DNA from: Planctomycetota bacterium | GTDB taxonomy: Bacteria; Planctomycetota; UBA1135; UBA2386 | Assembly: GCA_044230075.1 (NCBI GenBank) | Contig: JBGARS010000017.1 | Coordinates: forward strand, 1-64,000 | Direction of reading: 5' to 3' | Length of the DNA stretch: 64,000 nucleotides | Position numbers and translations under genes: made by a program | Shown here: in pieces, positions 25,415-35,243 of the stretch | Layout: each line of letters begins with the position of its first letter | Numbering within the stretch: position 1 is the stretch's first letter | Notes under the pieces: model-generated | Database searches by the model: none | What the model saw: only the letters and a program-made list of their open reading frames with translations | Told to the model about the DNA's origin: nothing

Positions 25415-28400
25415 CTAGCCGAGTTCCTGCAGGCTCTGCTCGACGCCGGCCAGCTGCGCCTGCAGCGACGCCCGGCTCGCGCGTTCCTTGTCGATCACGG
25501 CGGGCGGCGCTTTCGCCACGAAGCCCTCGTTGCCGAGCTTCTTGTCGATGTTGGCGATCTGCGAACGCAGCTTCTCGGCTTCCTTCTGCAGCTTGCCCTG
25601 TTCCTTGCCCAGGTCGACGACGCCGAGCAGGTAGCACTTCGCGGCGCCGAGCACGACGGTCGCCGAGTCCTGCGTGCGCTGCGCGTCGGCGCCGATCTCG
25701 ATCTCGGCCAGGCCTGCCATGTGCGCGAGCAGTGGCGCGGTCGCCTTCAGCATCGTGGCGGTTTCGCCGTCGGCCTGCAGGCGCGCGGCGAGCCGGTCGC
25801 GCGGCGGCACCTGGTAGCGGGCCCGCGTTTCGCGGATCGCGACGCACCATTGCTGCATCGCCGCGACCTCGGCCTCGACGGTCGGCGCATGCCACGCCGC
25901 GTTGGTGGTCGGCCACTCGGCGTGCACGAGCTGTTCGCTGCGCGCGAACGGAGTCGCCATGCCGCGCTGCGGCGCCAGTTCGTTCAGCTGGGCCCACAAC
26001 GTCTCGGTCAGGAACGGCACGAACGGGTGCAGCAGCCGCAGCGTCTGGTCGAGCACCGCCGCCAGCACCTGCTGCGCGACCCGCCGCGGGCCGGGTAGGG
26101 CGCCGTCCTTGAAGCGCGGTTTCACCAGTTCGAGGTACCAGTCGCACAGCTCGTTCCAGAAGAAGTCGCGCGCCGCGGCGATCGCCGCCGACGGGTTGTA
26201 GGCGACCAGGTGGCCGTGCACCGCTTCGATCGCCGCGCACAGGCGCGAGACGATCCAGCGGTCCTCGAGCGGCAGCGTGGCCTCGTCGAGCGGCTGGAAC
26301 GTCGTGCCCTCGAGGTTCATGAGCGCGAAGCGCGCGGCGTTCCAGAGCTTGTTGCAGAAGTTGCCGCCGACCGCGAAGCGCTCGCTGGTCGCCTTCGCCG
26401 GCACGATGCCTTCGTTGCCGTACTGGCCGATCAGGTCGACCGGCTGCTTCGTGACCGGATCGAGGAACGTGCCCAGGTACGGCCCGGGCTTGGCGGTCGC
26501 CAGATCGATCAGCTGTTCGGGTTCGCCTGGCTTGGTGAACGGCGAGATCGCCTGCACCGGCAGCCGGATGTCCTGCGTGCCGGTCTGCAGTTCGCACACC
26601 ACGTAGCGCAGCGCGTCGGCGCCGTAGCGGTGGATGATGTCGAGCGGGTCGATGCCGTTGCCCTTGCTCTTGCTCATGCGCTCGCCCTTGCCGTCGAGGA
26701 TCGTCGCGTGCAGGAACACATCGGTGAACGGCACGTCGCCCAGGTTGTAGAGCCCTGCCAGCACCATGCGCGCGACCCACAGCGTGATGATGTCGCGACC
26801 GGTCACCAGGCACGAACCCGGGTACCAGTAGTCGAGCGCAGAGGCATGGCCGTCCTTGGCGCCGAGCGACGGCTGGCCGGGATCGACGTTCGCGGTCTCG
26901 GGGGCCGGCCAGCCGAGCGTGCTGTGCGGCCACAGCGCCGAGCTGAACCAGGTGTCGAGCACGTCGGGATCGAGTTGCAGGCCCGCGCCCTGCAGCATCG
27001 GGCCGATCGCTGCGTCCTGCTTGCCGTCGAGGAAGCACAGCTGCACCTCGACGGCGGTGGGGGCGTTGGGGCCCTTCAGGTGGGAGAACGCATCCTGCGG
27101 CGACAGGCGCGTGCCGTCGGGCAGCAACACCCAGGCGGCAACGTCGTCGCGCGACAGCTGGCTGCCGAGCATCGGCTGCAGCATCAGCAGGTGCTGCACC
27201 GGCATCTCGCCGCGCCAGACCGGGATCCTGTGGCCCCACCAGAGCTGGCGGCTGATGCACCAGTCGCGCTTCTCGCCGAGCCAGACGTCGTACATCTTGC
27301 GGTAGCGCTCCGGATCCGGATGAAACGCCACCGCCTTGCGCGGCAGTCCGTTGGCGAACGGCGGCAACGCGCCCGCGGTCGCGTCGAGCGCCGCCTGCGC
27401 GAGGCCCTTGGCGCGGAACTCCTTTCTGGTGCCGCGGCCCATGACGATGCCGCCGTCGACGTCGGCCATGTGCACGAACCACTGCTTGCTGAGGTAGGGC
27501 TCGACGATCGTCTTGCTGCGGTCGCTGTGCGCGATCTCGATCGTGCGGTCCTCGACCTTGTCGACGAGCCCGAGCTTGCTGAGCTCGGCCATCACGTTCT
27601 TGCGCGCGATGAAGCGGTCCTGGCCCTTGAAGGCGCCGCCGTGCTCGTTGATGGTGCCGTCGGGAGCCAGCACGTTGACCGCGCCGATCTCCGGGTGGCG
27701 CTGCCAGACCTGGTAGTCGTTCGGGTCGTGGGCGGGTGTGATCTTCACGCAGCCGGTGCCGAGGCTCGGATCGGCCCAGTCGTCGAGCAGCAGCGGGATC
27801 CTGCGCTTGACCAGCGGCAGCTCGAGCTTGCGGCCGGCCTTCGCCATCGCCGCGATCTGCACCAGCACCGGCAGCACGGTCTGCTCACGTTCCAGCAGCC
27901 GGTCGAGTTCGGCCTGGACGGCTTGCTTCTCCTTGGCGGGCGTACCGGCGAGCTTCTGCCGCTGTGCCGCGATCGCCGCACGCAGCGCCGTCGCCGGATC
28001 GCTGTGCACGGCCACCGCAGTGTCGCCGAGCATCGTCTCGGGCCGCGTCGTCGCGACGATCACCTGCTTCGGCTCACCCGGCTCTGGGTCGAGCACCGGG
28101 TAGCGCAGGTACGAGAACGTGCCCTGCACCTCCTGGGCATACAGCTCGTCGTCGGCGACGGCGGTCTGCAGCACGCAGTCCCAGTTCACCAGCCGGTTGC
28201 CGCGGAAGATCAGCCCGTCCTTGAACATCGCGAAGAACGTCTGCCGCACCGAGCGCGCGCAGACGTCGTCCATCGTGAAGCGCGCGCGGTCCCAGTCGCA
28301 CGAGCAGCCCATCGCCTGCTGCTGCGTGCGGATGCGCTGCTGGCTCTGCGCGGCCCAGGCGTGGATGCGCTGCACGAGGCCCTCGCGGCCGACGTCGTGG

Positions 28401-28717
28401 CGGGTCTTGCCTTCGAGTTCCTGCAGCCGCTTCTCGATCACGGCCTGCGTCGCGATGCCGGCGTGGTCGGTGCCCGGCTGCCACAGCGTGTTGTCGCCCT
28501 GCATGCGATGCCAGCGGATCAGCAGATCCTGCATCACGTTGTCCATCGCGTGGCCCATGTGCAGAGCACCGGTGACGTTGGGCAGCGGCATCATCACGAC
28601 GTAGCGTTCGTCGCGGGCGTCGGGGAAGGTGGCGAACGCCTTCGTCTCGAGCCAGCGCTCCGTCACGGCGGGCTCGAGCGTCTGCGGGTCGTACTTCTGC
28701 GGCAGTTCGGTGCTCAT
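25415..28717 (-). CDS. valS: Valine--tRNA ligase
   Basis: 1100 aa. HIGH-type motif PNVTGALHMGHA. KMSKS motif ERMSKSKGN. C-terminal coiled coil. N-terminus MSTELPQKYDPQTLE is typical of ValS. Confidence 0.9.
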   Translation of the reverse strand: MSTELPQKYDPQTLEPAVTERWLETKAFATFPDARDERYVVMMPLPNVTGALHMGHAMDNVMQDLLIRWHRMQGDNTLWQPGTDHAGIATQAVIEKRLQELEGKTRHDVGREGLVQRIHAWAAQSQQRIRTQQQAMGCSCDWDRARFTMDDVCARSVRQTFFAMFKDGLIFRGNRLVNWDCVLQTAVADDELYAQEVQGTFSYLRYPVLDPEPGEPKQVIVATTRPETMLGDTAVAVHSDPATALRAAIAAQRQKLAGTPAKEKQAVQAELDRLLEREQTVLPVLVQIAAMAKAGRKLELPLVKRRIPLLLDDWADPSLGTGCVKITPAHDPNDYQVWQRHPEIGAVNVLAPDGTINEHGGAFKGQDRFIARKNVMAELSKLGLVDKVEDRTIEIAHSDRSKTIVEPYLSKQWFVHMADVDGGIVMGRGTRKEFRAKGLAQAALDATAGALPPFANGLPRKAVAFHPDPERYRKMYDVWLGEKRDWCISRQLWWGHRIPVWRGEMPVQHLLMLQPMLGSQLSRDDVAAWVLLPDGTRLSPQDAFSHLKGPNAPTAVEVQLCFLDGKQDAAIGPMLQGAGLQLDPDVLDTWFSSALWPHSTLGWPAPETANVDPGQPSLGAKDGHASALDYWYPGSCLVTGRDIITLWVARMVLAGLYNLGDVPFTDVFLHATILDGKGERMSKSKGNGIDPLDIIHRYGADALRYVVCELQTGTQDIRLPVQAISPFTKPGEPEQLIDLATAKPGPYLGTFLDPVTKQPVDLIGQYGNEGIVPAKATSERFAVGGNFCNKLWNAARFALMNLEGTTFQPLDEATLPLEDRWIVSRLCAAIEAVHGHLVAYNPSAAIAAARDFFWNELCDWYLELVKPRFKDGALPGPRRVAQQVLAAVLDQTLRLLHPFVPFLTETLWAQLNELAPQRGMATPFARSEQLVHAEWPTTNAAWHAPTVEAEVAAMQQWCVAIRETRARYQVPPRDRLAARLQADGETATMLKATAPLLAHMAGLAEIEIGADAQRTQDSATVVLGAAKCYLLGVVDLGKEQGKLQKEAEKLRSQIANIDKKLGNEGFVAKAPPAVIDKERASRASLQAQLAGVEQSLQELG

Positions 28718-28766
28718 TGCGGGGCGAGCAGCTTAGGGCGCGGGTGCGGCGGAGGCACGCGAGACC

Positions 28767-29420
28767 TCAGCCGCCGAACAACCGCAGAAGGATGCCGGCC
28801 ACCGCGACGTAGGCGTTGGTCCAGGCGTCCTCCCGCAGGAACCGCGTCGGCAGGTCGGGCGCGCCGAGGAACGGCCGCAGCACCCAGGCCAGCTGGATGG
28901 CGACGAACACGTAGAGCAGCACCCATGCGGCGCGGCTGACCAGGTGCCGGCGGTTCTGCCGCAGCAGTTCGCGGTAGTGCAGGTTCATGGTCTGCTGCGC
29001 CGCGACCGTGCCGATCGCGAACACCAGGCCATTGGCGGCGATGGCGAGTTCGTAGTGGTCGGTCGACACGTAGACGAAGGCAGTGACCGGAGCCAAGGCG
29101 GCGAGCACGATCGCCATCGTGCCCTGCGCGGCGAAGATCGCGCGGCAGGCGGCGCTCCAGTCGTCGCGCAGGCCGAGCAGCACGTTGACGACGTAGAAGT
29201 TCGGCAGGCAGACGACGGTCGCCACCAGCAGCAGCAGCGGCACCTTGCACGCCGAGTAGATCGCCTGCAGCCCGCGGCCACCGAACGAGCCGAGCACGCC
29301 GCCGGAGACGCAGCCGAACAGCAGCACGAACAGCAGCAGCTGCCGCCACGGCACGACGCCGCGGCCCGGTGCATAGGCACGCCGGCCGCGCAGCAGGTCG
29401 TCGGCGGCCGCGGCGATCAC
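28767..29420 (-). CDS. Multipass membrane protein, paralog family member A2 (5 predicted TM helices; C-terminal WVLRPFLG motif)
   Basis: GTG start overlapping the TGA of the upstream paralog. Homologous to 29417..30184 and to the pair at 52172..53501 (shared FPSLxVF / W(I/V)LRPF motifs). Confidence 0.5.
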   Translation of the reverse strand: MIAAAADDLLRGRRAYAPGRGVVPWRQLLLFVLLFGCVSGGVLGSFGGRGLQAIYSACKVPLLLLVATVVCLPNFYVVNVLLGLRDDWSAACRAIFAAQGTMAIVLAALAPVTAFVYVSTDHYELAIAANGLVFAIGTVAAQQTMNLHYRELLRQNRRHLVSRAAWVLLYVFVAIQLAWVLRPFLGAPDLPTRFLREDAWTNAYVAVAGILLRLFGG

Positions 29421-30184
29421 GAGAACAGCGCGCGCAGCGCGTCGCGCAGGCCGGCGAAGAAGTGCGCGTCGCGTGGCCGGAAGAACGTGAACTCCTGCGT
29501 TGGCGTGCCGATGAACGGCCGCAGGATCCAGCCCATCTGTGCGCCGACCAGGCCGTAGGTCACGGTCCAGATCGTGAACACCCGCCGGCCGACCGCGGCA
29601 TCGGCGGCGCGGCGGGGCAGCGGTGGCGGCCGCGGGGCGTCGTCGGTGTCGTTCGCGTCGTCGGGCGCGCTCGCGGGCGTGAACACGGTGTCGAGCACGC
29701 GCCGCAGGAACATCAGTCCGGCGAAGCCAGCGATGGCGAAGAACAGCACGTTCAGCACCACCAGGAACGGGTAGCTGTCGGTCGACAGCGTGAAGAACGC
29801 CGTCACCGGGCCGAAGCTCGCCAGCAGCGCCAGGTTCACCGTGATCGCCGCCAGCAGCAGCCGCAGCGTCTGCGCCGCGGTCAGCCGCGTGTTCGCCAGC
29901 GCCGAGAACACGTAGAGCGACGGGAACGTCACGCACAGCGTCGCCAGGAACAACAGCGGCACCTTGACGATCGTCGCCAGCAGTTGCTCGACGCTCGGGT
30001 GCTCGCTGCGCAGCACCGCGTAAAGCCCCATGAACAGCCCGTAGGCACAGCCGAGCAGCACGCCGGCGATCGTCAGGGTCTTGCTCGGCACCGCGATGCG
30101 GCCGGCGAGCAGGTCGTCGCGGCGCGTGAAGTGGCCGCGCAGCAGGGAATCGACGTGGCGCAGGAGGCCGAGCATGGGCCGCAT
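29417..30184 (-). CDS. Multipass membrane protein, paralog family member A1 (5 TM; C-terminal GWILRPFIG motif)
   Basis: ATG 30184 with AAGGTGA RBS. Hydrophobic segments IAGVLLGCAYGLFMGLYAV, LLFLATLCVTFPSLYVF, LLLAAITVNLALLASFGPV, FLVVLNVLFFAIAGFAGLMFL, VFTIWTVTYGLVGAQMGWIL. Confidence 0.55.
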   Translation of the reverse strand: MRPMLGLLRHVDSLLRGHFTRRDDLLAGRIAVPSKTLTIAGVLLGCAYGLFMGLYAVLRSEHPSVEQLLATIVKVPLLFLATLCVTFPSLYVFSALANTRLTAAQTLRLLLAAITVNLALLASFGPVTAFFTLSTDSYPFLVVLNVLFFAIAGFAGLMFLRRVLDTVFTPASAPDDANDTDDAPRPPPLPRRAADAAVGRRVFTIWTVTYGLVGAQMGWILRPFIGTPTQEFTFFRPRDAHFFAGLRDALRALFS

Positions 30185-30278
30185 TGGATCACCTTTGTGG
30201 TCCAAAGTCACCGGCCGGTTACCGGTCGGGCGGTCGGGCGGCGTGGATGCCGTCGGCGCGCCCGACGGCATCGACGGT

Positions 30279-31640
30279 TCAGTTCAGGAGCGTCGCGTAG
30301 ACCGCATTCGAGATCGTGAACGGGAACCCGGTGAGGCCCGAGTCGACGCACAGGGCCTGGGCGTAGATGGCGTCCCCGACGAGGCCGGTGACCGTAGGCC
30401 ACGTCCAGCTGCCGGCGCCGGCGGCACCGGGCACGTTGACCAGGATGTCGGGCGTCGTGAACGCCGCGCAGCCCGGCATGTCGAGCACGAACGTCAGGTC
30501 GATGCCCGGCAGCCGGGTCAGGCCGAGCGCGATGATCGCGAAGTTGACCGCCGGGTCGAGGTTGCTGACGTTCAGCGTGTAGCTCTGGCCGATCTGTGGC
30601 GCCTGCACGGCCACCATCGCGGGTGTGCCGCTGACGCCGGGACAGCCCTTGCCGAAGATGCCCGAGCCGAATTCCCAGGTCTGGTTCGACAGCACGAACG
30701 GCCCCGTCACGAAGCCGCCGAACTTGACGATCTGCTTGGTGGTCGGCAGTTCGGCCAGCGTGTGGTCGCGCACGCCCTGGGTGGCGAAGGGCTGCTGCTT
30801 CCACGTGGCGCCGTCGAAGGTCCAGGTGTCCGCGAGCACGCCCGACGCATCCTGGCCGCCGGTCAGCACGCAGAGGCCGCGCGTCGAGTCGTAGGCCATG
30901 CTGGCGGAGCTGCGTGCCGGCGGCACCGCGCCAATGGCCGGGACCTGGGTCCAGGTCGTGCCGTCGTACAGCCAGGTCGAGTTCGTGACGCCGCTGCCGT
31001 TGTCGCCGCCGAACAACACTGCCTTGCCGATGCCGGCGTGGAAGCACATCGCCGGTCGACTGCGTGGCCCCGGGTTGCCGACCGTGGTGATCTGGCTCCA
31101 GGTCGTGCCGTCGTATTCCCAGGTCTGGGCGTTCGGCACGCTGATCAACTGCGTGGTGGCGCCGCCGTACATCACGGTGCGGCCGCGCACCGAGTCGTAG
31201 CAGGCTCCGTACCAGTAGCGGTTGCCGGCGTTCGCGGTCGGCGTGGCCTGGGTCCAGGTCATCGTCGTGCCGTTCCACTCCCAGGTGTCGTTGTTCGGCG
31301 GCGGGATGCTGATCGGCGAAGCGAGGCCGCCGTAGAGCACCGACACGCCGCGGGCGAGGTCGTAGACCAACTGCGCGCCGAAGCGTGCCGTCGGCGAGGT
31401 CGCCGGCGCGAGCAGCGTCCAGTTGCTGCCGTCGTAGACCCAGGTCTCCGCGCTGAGGCTGGCGGCGCTGCCGCCGAACAGCACCACGCCGCCGCTGAAG
31501 GGATCGAAGGTCATCGCCGCGCCGACTCGCGCGGACGGCGCCGCGGCGGGCGTTCGCTGGACCCACTGGGCGCAGAGCATCGTCGAGGAGGCCAGCAGGA
31601 ATGCCGCGGTGCGGACGGCAAGAGGTAGTGGGTGGTGCAT
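30279..31640 (-). CDS. Secreted Kelch/galactose-oxidase-like beta-propeller repeat protein
   Basis: Signal peptide. 7-8 repeats of the G-x-LFGG...W.YDG.TW pattern (VLFGGSAAS...TWVYDGSNWT, VLYGG...TWEWNGTTMTWT, VMYGG...TWEYDGTTWS and others). Internal ATG 31640. Confidence 0.7.
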   Translation of the reverse strand: MHHPLPLAVRTAAFLLASSTMLCAQWVQRTPAAAPSARVGAAMTFDPFSGGVVLFGGSAASLSAETWVYDGSNWTLLAPATSPTARFGAQLVYDLARGVSVLYGGLASPISIPPPNNDTWEWNGTTMTWTQATPTANAGNRYWYGACYDSVRGRTVMYGGATTQLISVPNAQTWEYDGTTWSQITTVGNPGPRSRPAMCFHAGIGKAVLFGGDNGSGVTNSTWLYDGTTWTQVPAIGAVPPARSSASMAYDSTRGLCVLTGGQDASGVLADTWTFDGATWKQQPFATQGVRDHTLAELPTTKQIVKFGGFVTGPFVLSNQTWEFGSGIFGKGCPGVSGTPAMVAVQAPQIGQSYTLNVSNLDPAVNFAIIALGLTRLPGIDLTFVLDMPGCAAFTTPDILVNVPGAAGAGSWTWPTVTGLVGDAIYAQALCVDSGLTGFPFTISNAVYATLLN

Positions 31641-31860
31641 CGTGTCGGGGAGTATAGGGGTCTCTCGTAAGGCGGCATTTCCTGGCCGACAGCCAACCCA
31701 AAATGGAAATCGTGTCCTGGCTCGGAGGCGCAATGGCAAGGTGCGGCAGGCGCCGGCGGGTGGGGCGGACCTGCGCGCCTGGGCTGGTGTCCGGTGACCG
31801 CTCGCTGCTTCGGCCGGTTGCCGCACATGCAGGGTGGGCGGTGTCCGGGGTCGCCGGCTC

Positions 31861-32445
31861 GTGAACTGGCTCGCGCACCTGCGGTTGTCGCCCGGAGATC
31901 CGCTGCTGCGCATCGGCAACCTGTGCGGCGACTTCGTACGCGGTGTCGACGTGGCGGCACTCGCGCCCGAGCTGCAGCGCGGCATCCGGCAGCACCGCGC
32001 GGTCGACGCGTTCGTCGACGCGCACCCGATCGTGCGCACCAGCCGCGAACGGCTGGACCCGCCGTTCCGCCGGCTCGCCGGCGTGCTGGTCGACATGTTC
32101 TACGACCACTACCTGGCTCGCGACTGGGATCGCCTGGGCGACGGCCAGCCGTTGCCCGCCTTCGCGGCGTCCGTGCACGCGCTGTTGCGGCAATACGAAG
32201 CGCTGCTGCCGCCGCGGCTGGCCAGCGTGGTGCCGTGGATGGAAGGCCAGGGCTGGCTCGTCGGGTACGCGGCGATCGACGGCATCGACGTCGTGCTGCG
32301 GCGCATGGCGCGCCGGCTGTCGCGGCCGACGCCGCTCGGCGAGGGCGCGGCCCAGCTGCGTGCGCACTACGACGCGCTCGCTGGGGACTTCGCCGTGTTC
32401 TGGCCCGAGCTGGTGGCTTTCACGCGCGAACTCGACGGCACGTGA
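31861..32445 (+). CDS. acpH: Acyl carrier protein phosphodiesterase AcpH
   Basis: VNWLAHLRLS...GNLCGDFVRG matches the E. coli AcpH N-terminus MNFLAHLHLA...GNLLADFVRG. Conserved HxHR-like and downstream motifs present. GTG start at 31861. Confidence 0.75.
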   Translation: MNWLAHLRLSPGDPLLRIGNLCGDFVRGVDVAALAPELQRGIRQHRAVDAFVDAHPIVRTSRERLDPPFRRLAGVLVDMFYDHYLARDWDRLGDGQPLPAFAASVHALLRQYEALLPPRLASVVPWMEGQGWLVGYAAIDGIDVVLRRMARRLSRPTPLGEGAAQLRAHYDALAGDFAVFWPELVAFTRELDGT

Positions 32446-32485
32446 CCGTTGTCGCGCGCGCCGCATCCGGCTATGCCGGCACGCC

Positions 32486-32956
32486 ATGCCGCCGACGACC
32501 GTGACGATCTACAGCGATGGCGCCTGCCTCGGCAATCCGGGGCGCGGCGGCTACGGCACGGTGCTGCTCGCCGGCGAACATCGGAAGGAACTGTCGGCCG
32601 GCTTCCGCCGTACGACCAACAACCGCATGGAGTTGCTCGGCGCGATCGTCGGCCTCGAGGCGCTGAAGCAGCCGTGCGCGGTCACGTTGTGGTCCGATTC
32701 GCAGTACGTGATCCACGCGCTGGCCAAGGGTTGGCTCACCGGCTGGCAGAAGCGCGGCTGGCGCACGTCGAGCAAGGAGCCGGTCAAGAACCAGGACCTC
32801 TGGCAGCGGCTGCTGCGTGCGATCGAGGGCCATACGATCGAGTGGCGCTGGGTGCGCGGTCACACCGGCGACATCGAGAACGAACGTTGCGACGAACTCG
32901 CGGTCGCCGCGGCCAACGCCGGTGACCTGCAGGAGGACGCCGGGTTCACCGGCTAG
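32486..32956 (+). CDS. rnhA: Ribonuclease HI
   Basis: TIYSDGACLGNPGRGGYG, NNRMELLGAI, TLWSDSQYV, WVRGHTGDIENERCDELA are the canonical RNase H DEDD residues and motifs. Confidence 0.85.
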   Translation: MPPTTVTIYSDGACLGNPGRGGYGTVLLAGEHRKELSAGFRRTTNNRMELLGAIVGLEALKQPCAVTLWSDSQYVIHALAKGWLTGWQKRGWRTSSKEPVKNQDLWQRLLRAIEGHTIEWRWVRGHTGDIENERCDELAVAAANAGDLQEDAGFTG

Positions 32957-32959
32957 CGA

Positions 32960-34120
32960 TCACTGGATCGTGAACACGACGCCGTTGCTGGACGAGAAGT
33001 CCGTCGGCCCGCAGAACGTGTCGAGGAAGCCGAACTGGAACACCCAGGTGAGGCCGGCCAGGCCCTGTCCCGCCGCCAGCGGCAGCACGTAACGGGCGGT
33101 GCCGAGCGCGTCGGTGGCCGGATACAGCGTCTGCGACACGAGCCAGGTCGACAGGTCGAACGCCAGTTCCATGCCGAGCACCGGCGGCTGGCCGCTCGGC
33201 GCCACCGCCGCGGCCGCGACGACGATGCCGACGACCGACTGCGCCGGCGGCGGACCGTCGATGCCCCAGAAGGTGTAGTCGAGGTTGCCTTCGATCGGCA
33301 GGCTGCCGACCAGCAGCTTGCACTGGCGCACGCAGGTGCTGGTCGGTTGGCCGACCTGTGCGACCGCCCCGCCGTACGGGATCACCGGCGCCGGGCTGGC
33401 GACGAAGTTGACGCTGCCGAACGCAGCGCCGGTCACGAGGCCGCTCTCGTCGTCGTAGCTGCCGTTCAGGTGGAACACCAATGGGCCGGGCATCGCGTAC
33501 AGCTCGAGGTCCTTCATCCGGGCGATCTCCCCGGCGCGCGCCATCGGCCAGATGCGCAGTTCGTCGATGGTGCCGTTCCACGATTCGCGGCCGGGCGTCA
33601 CCGGATCGCCGTTGCCGACCCTGAGTTGTCCGGCGGTGGTCGTGAGCGGCGACAGCGTGAGCGTGCCCGAGGTGCCGACCTGCACGCCGTTCTCGTAGAG
33701 GCGCACGGTCTGGCCGTCGTAGGTGCCGGCGACGTGCGTCGGCACCAGCAGTTCGCCGCTGGCGAACTGGTAGGTCGCGCTGCGCGTGCCCGCCGGCGTG
33801 CGCACGTAGAAGCGCAGCTGGCGGATGCCGGTGATGCCGGCGTCGACGCGCAGGTTCCAGTTCTCCTGGCCGGGCGTGAGGTTGTGCCGGGCGATCGTCG
33901 GCCAGTAGTAGGAACTGGTCGGGATCGTGGTGTCGTCGTAGGTGATCCACGCCTCGACGGTGATGCCCGTGGTCGGCACCATGCGCGCGTCGTGCGCGTA
34001 GGCGACGCCGCCGTCGACGTCGGTCACCACCTCGATGGCCTGGTTCTGGGCCGGGGCGAGCGAGACCGCGACCAGCGTGGCTGCGACGAGGGAGCGAAGT
34101 GGGGCCATGGCGCCGGGCAT
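32960..34120 (-). CDS. Secreted LamG/concanavalin-A-like lectin-glucanase domain protein
   Basis: Signal peptide ATLVAVSLAPAQ. LamG-like region (GTLTLSPLTTTAGQLRVGNGD...WNGTIDELRIW). Confidence 0.55.
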   Translation of the reverse strand: MPGAMAPLRSLVAATLVAVSLAPAQNQAIEVVTDVDGGVAYAHDARMVPTTGITVEAWITYDDTTIPTSSYYWPTIARHNLTPGQENWNLRVDAGITGIRQLRFYVRTPAGTRSATYQFASGELLVPTHVAGTYDGQTVRLYENGVQVGTSGTLTLSPLTTTAGQLRVGNGDPVTPGRESWNGTIDELRIWPMARAGEIARMKDLELYAMPGPLVFHLNGSYDDESGLVTGAAFGSVNFVASPAPVIPYGGAVAQVGQPTSTCVRQCKLLVGSLPIEGNLDYTFWGIDGPPPAQSVVGIVVAAAAVAPSGQPPVLGMELAFDLSTWLVSQTLYPATDALGTARYVLPLAAGQGLAGLTWVFQFGFLDTFCGPTDFSSSNGVVFTIQ

Positions 34121-34145
34121 GGTAGCCCATCCGGGCCCGCGCCCG

Positions 34146-35126
34146 TCAGCGCACCCGGATCAGCCGACCGCGCGGCAGGCCGCTCTGTTGCAGGTAGGGC
34201 TCGAGGTCGCCGAGGAAGCGGTGGCCGTCGGTGTAGTAGCCCGCCGTCGGCACCAGCCCGGGCACGCGTTCGCAGAACCAGCGGTTCATCGCCGCGACCA
34301 TCAGCTCGCGCAGGTACTTGGCGAAGCAGCTCGCCAGTGCGGTCGGGAACGCGCGTTGTTCGCCGCCCTCGGCGAAGGTGACGGTGACTTCGCCGGCCGC
34401 GGACCGCAGCCGGTACGAGGACTCCGGCGGCGTCTCGCACAGTGTCTGCACCGTGGCGTCGGGCCGCAGCCGCCGCAGGTCTTCGGCGTAGTGCATGCGG
34501 CCGCCGCAGCGGTCGGCGACGAGGTGCCCGGAAGGGCTGCTGCCCGCGGCATCCGGGTCGGCTGCCGCGGGCAAACGATCGAGCAGCCGGCCGAGCACTT
34601 CGGCATAGGCGCGGAAGTGGGCCCGGCTCTTGTTGTCGGTGTCGGCGATCAGGCCGTTCCACTCCTCGACGTCGACGGGCCGCACGGCGATGTCGACCAG
34701 GGTGACGTCGGCCTTGCGCAGCGCGCGGGCGACCAGTTCGGCCTGCAGTTGCAGCCATGCCGGGTCGGCGTGCAGCGGCAGCGGCAGGTCGAGGCCTTCG
34801 TACCAGGGGCAGCGCCGCAGGTGGCAGATGTCGGCGCCGAGCAGTTCGAGCCAGGCGGCGAGCGTCGGCGGCAGTTCGCCGCGCTGCGCCGCCCAGAACA
34901 CCAGCGCCGTCTCTTCGAGCCGCAACAGGCCGTGGGGGCCCTGGTGCACCAGCTTGCTGTCGGCGACGCGCACCTTGCCCTTCTTGTGGCCGGCACGGCC
35001 GACGTGGCGCGTCAGTACGCGCCATGGATCGGTGCCTTCGGGGCCGGTCATCGCGACGCCGGCGACGACGAGCGGCCCGAGGATCGGACCGAGCCCGGCT
35101 TCGTCGACACCCGCGAGGAACTTCAT
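34146..35126 (-). CDS. Hypothetical protein with an RNase HII-like N-terminal motif (RNase H-fold?) and an uncharacterised C-terminal half
   Basis: MKFLAGVDEAGLGPILGPLVVAGV...VADSKLV resembles the RNase HII GVDEAGRGP...DSK N-terminus. The downstream catalytic motifs are not clearly recognisable. Internal ATG 35126; the 765-aa ORF-track extension was rejected. Confidence 0.4.
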   Translation of the reverse strand: MKFLAGVDEAGLGPILGPLVVAGVAMTGPEGTDPWRVLTRHVGRAGHKKGKVRVADSKLVHQGPHGLLRLEETALVFWAAQRGELPPTLAAWLELLGADICHLRRCPWYEGLDLPLPLHADPAWLQLQAELVARALRKADVTLVDIAVRPVDVEEWNGLIADTDNKSRAHFRAYAEVLGRLLDRLPAAADPDAAGSSPSGHLVADRCGGRMHYAEDLRRLRPDATVQTLCETPPESSYRLRSAAGEVTVTFAEGGEQRAFPTALASCFAKYLRELMVAAMNRWFCERVPGLVPTAGYYTDGHRFLGDLEPYLQQSGLPRGRLIRVR

Positions 35127-35243
35127 GCGCCGGCAACGACACCCGGTGCCGGTGTTGCGGTCAAGTTCCGGTGGCAAGGCGCACTGGCGCGACCAGGTGG
35201 GGGCCGATGCGGGTTCTGCCGATAACCCGAGCCGGGAACCAAC

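Noticed and set aside
34146-35126. Calling this gene rnhB (RNase HII)
   Set aside because: Only the N-terminal GVDEAG.GP...DSK motif matches. The downstream catalytic Asp motifs and typical length (about 200 aa) do not fit. Labelled RNase HII-like or hypothetical instead.
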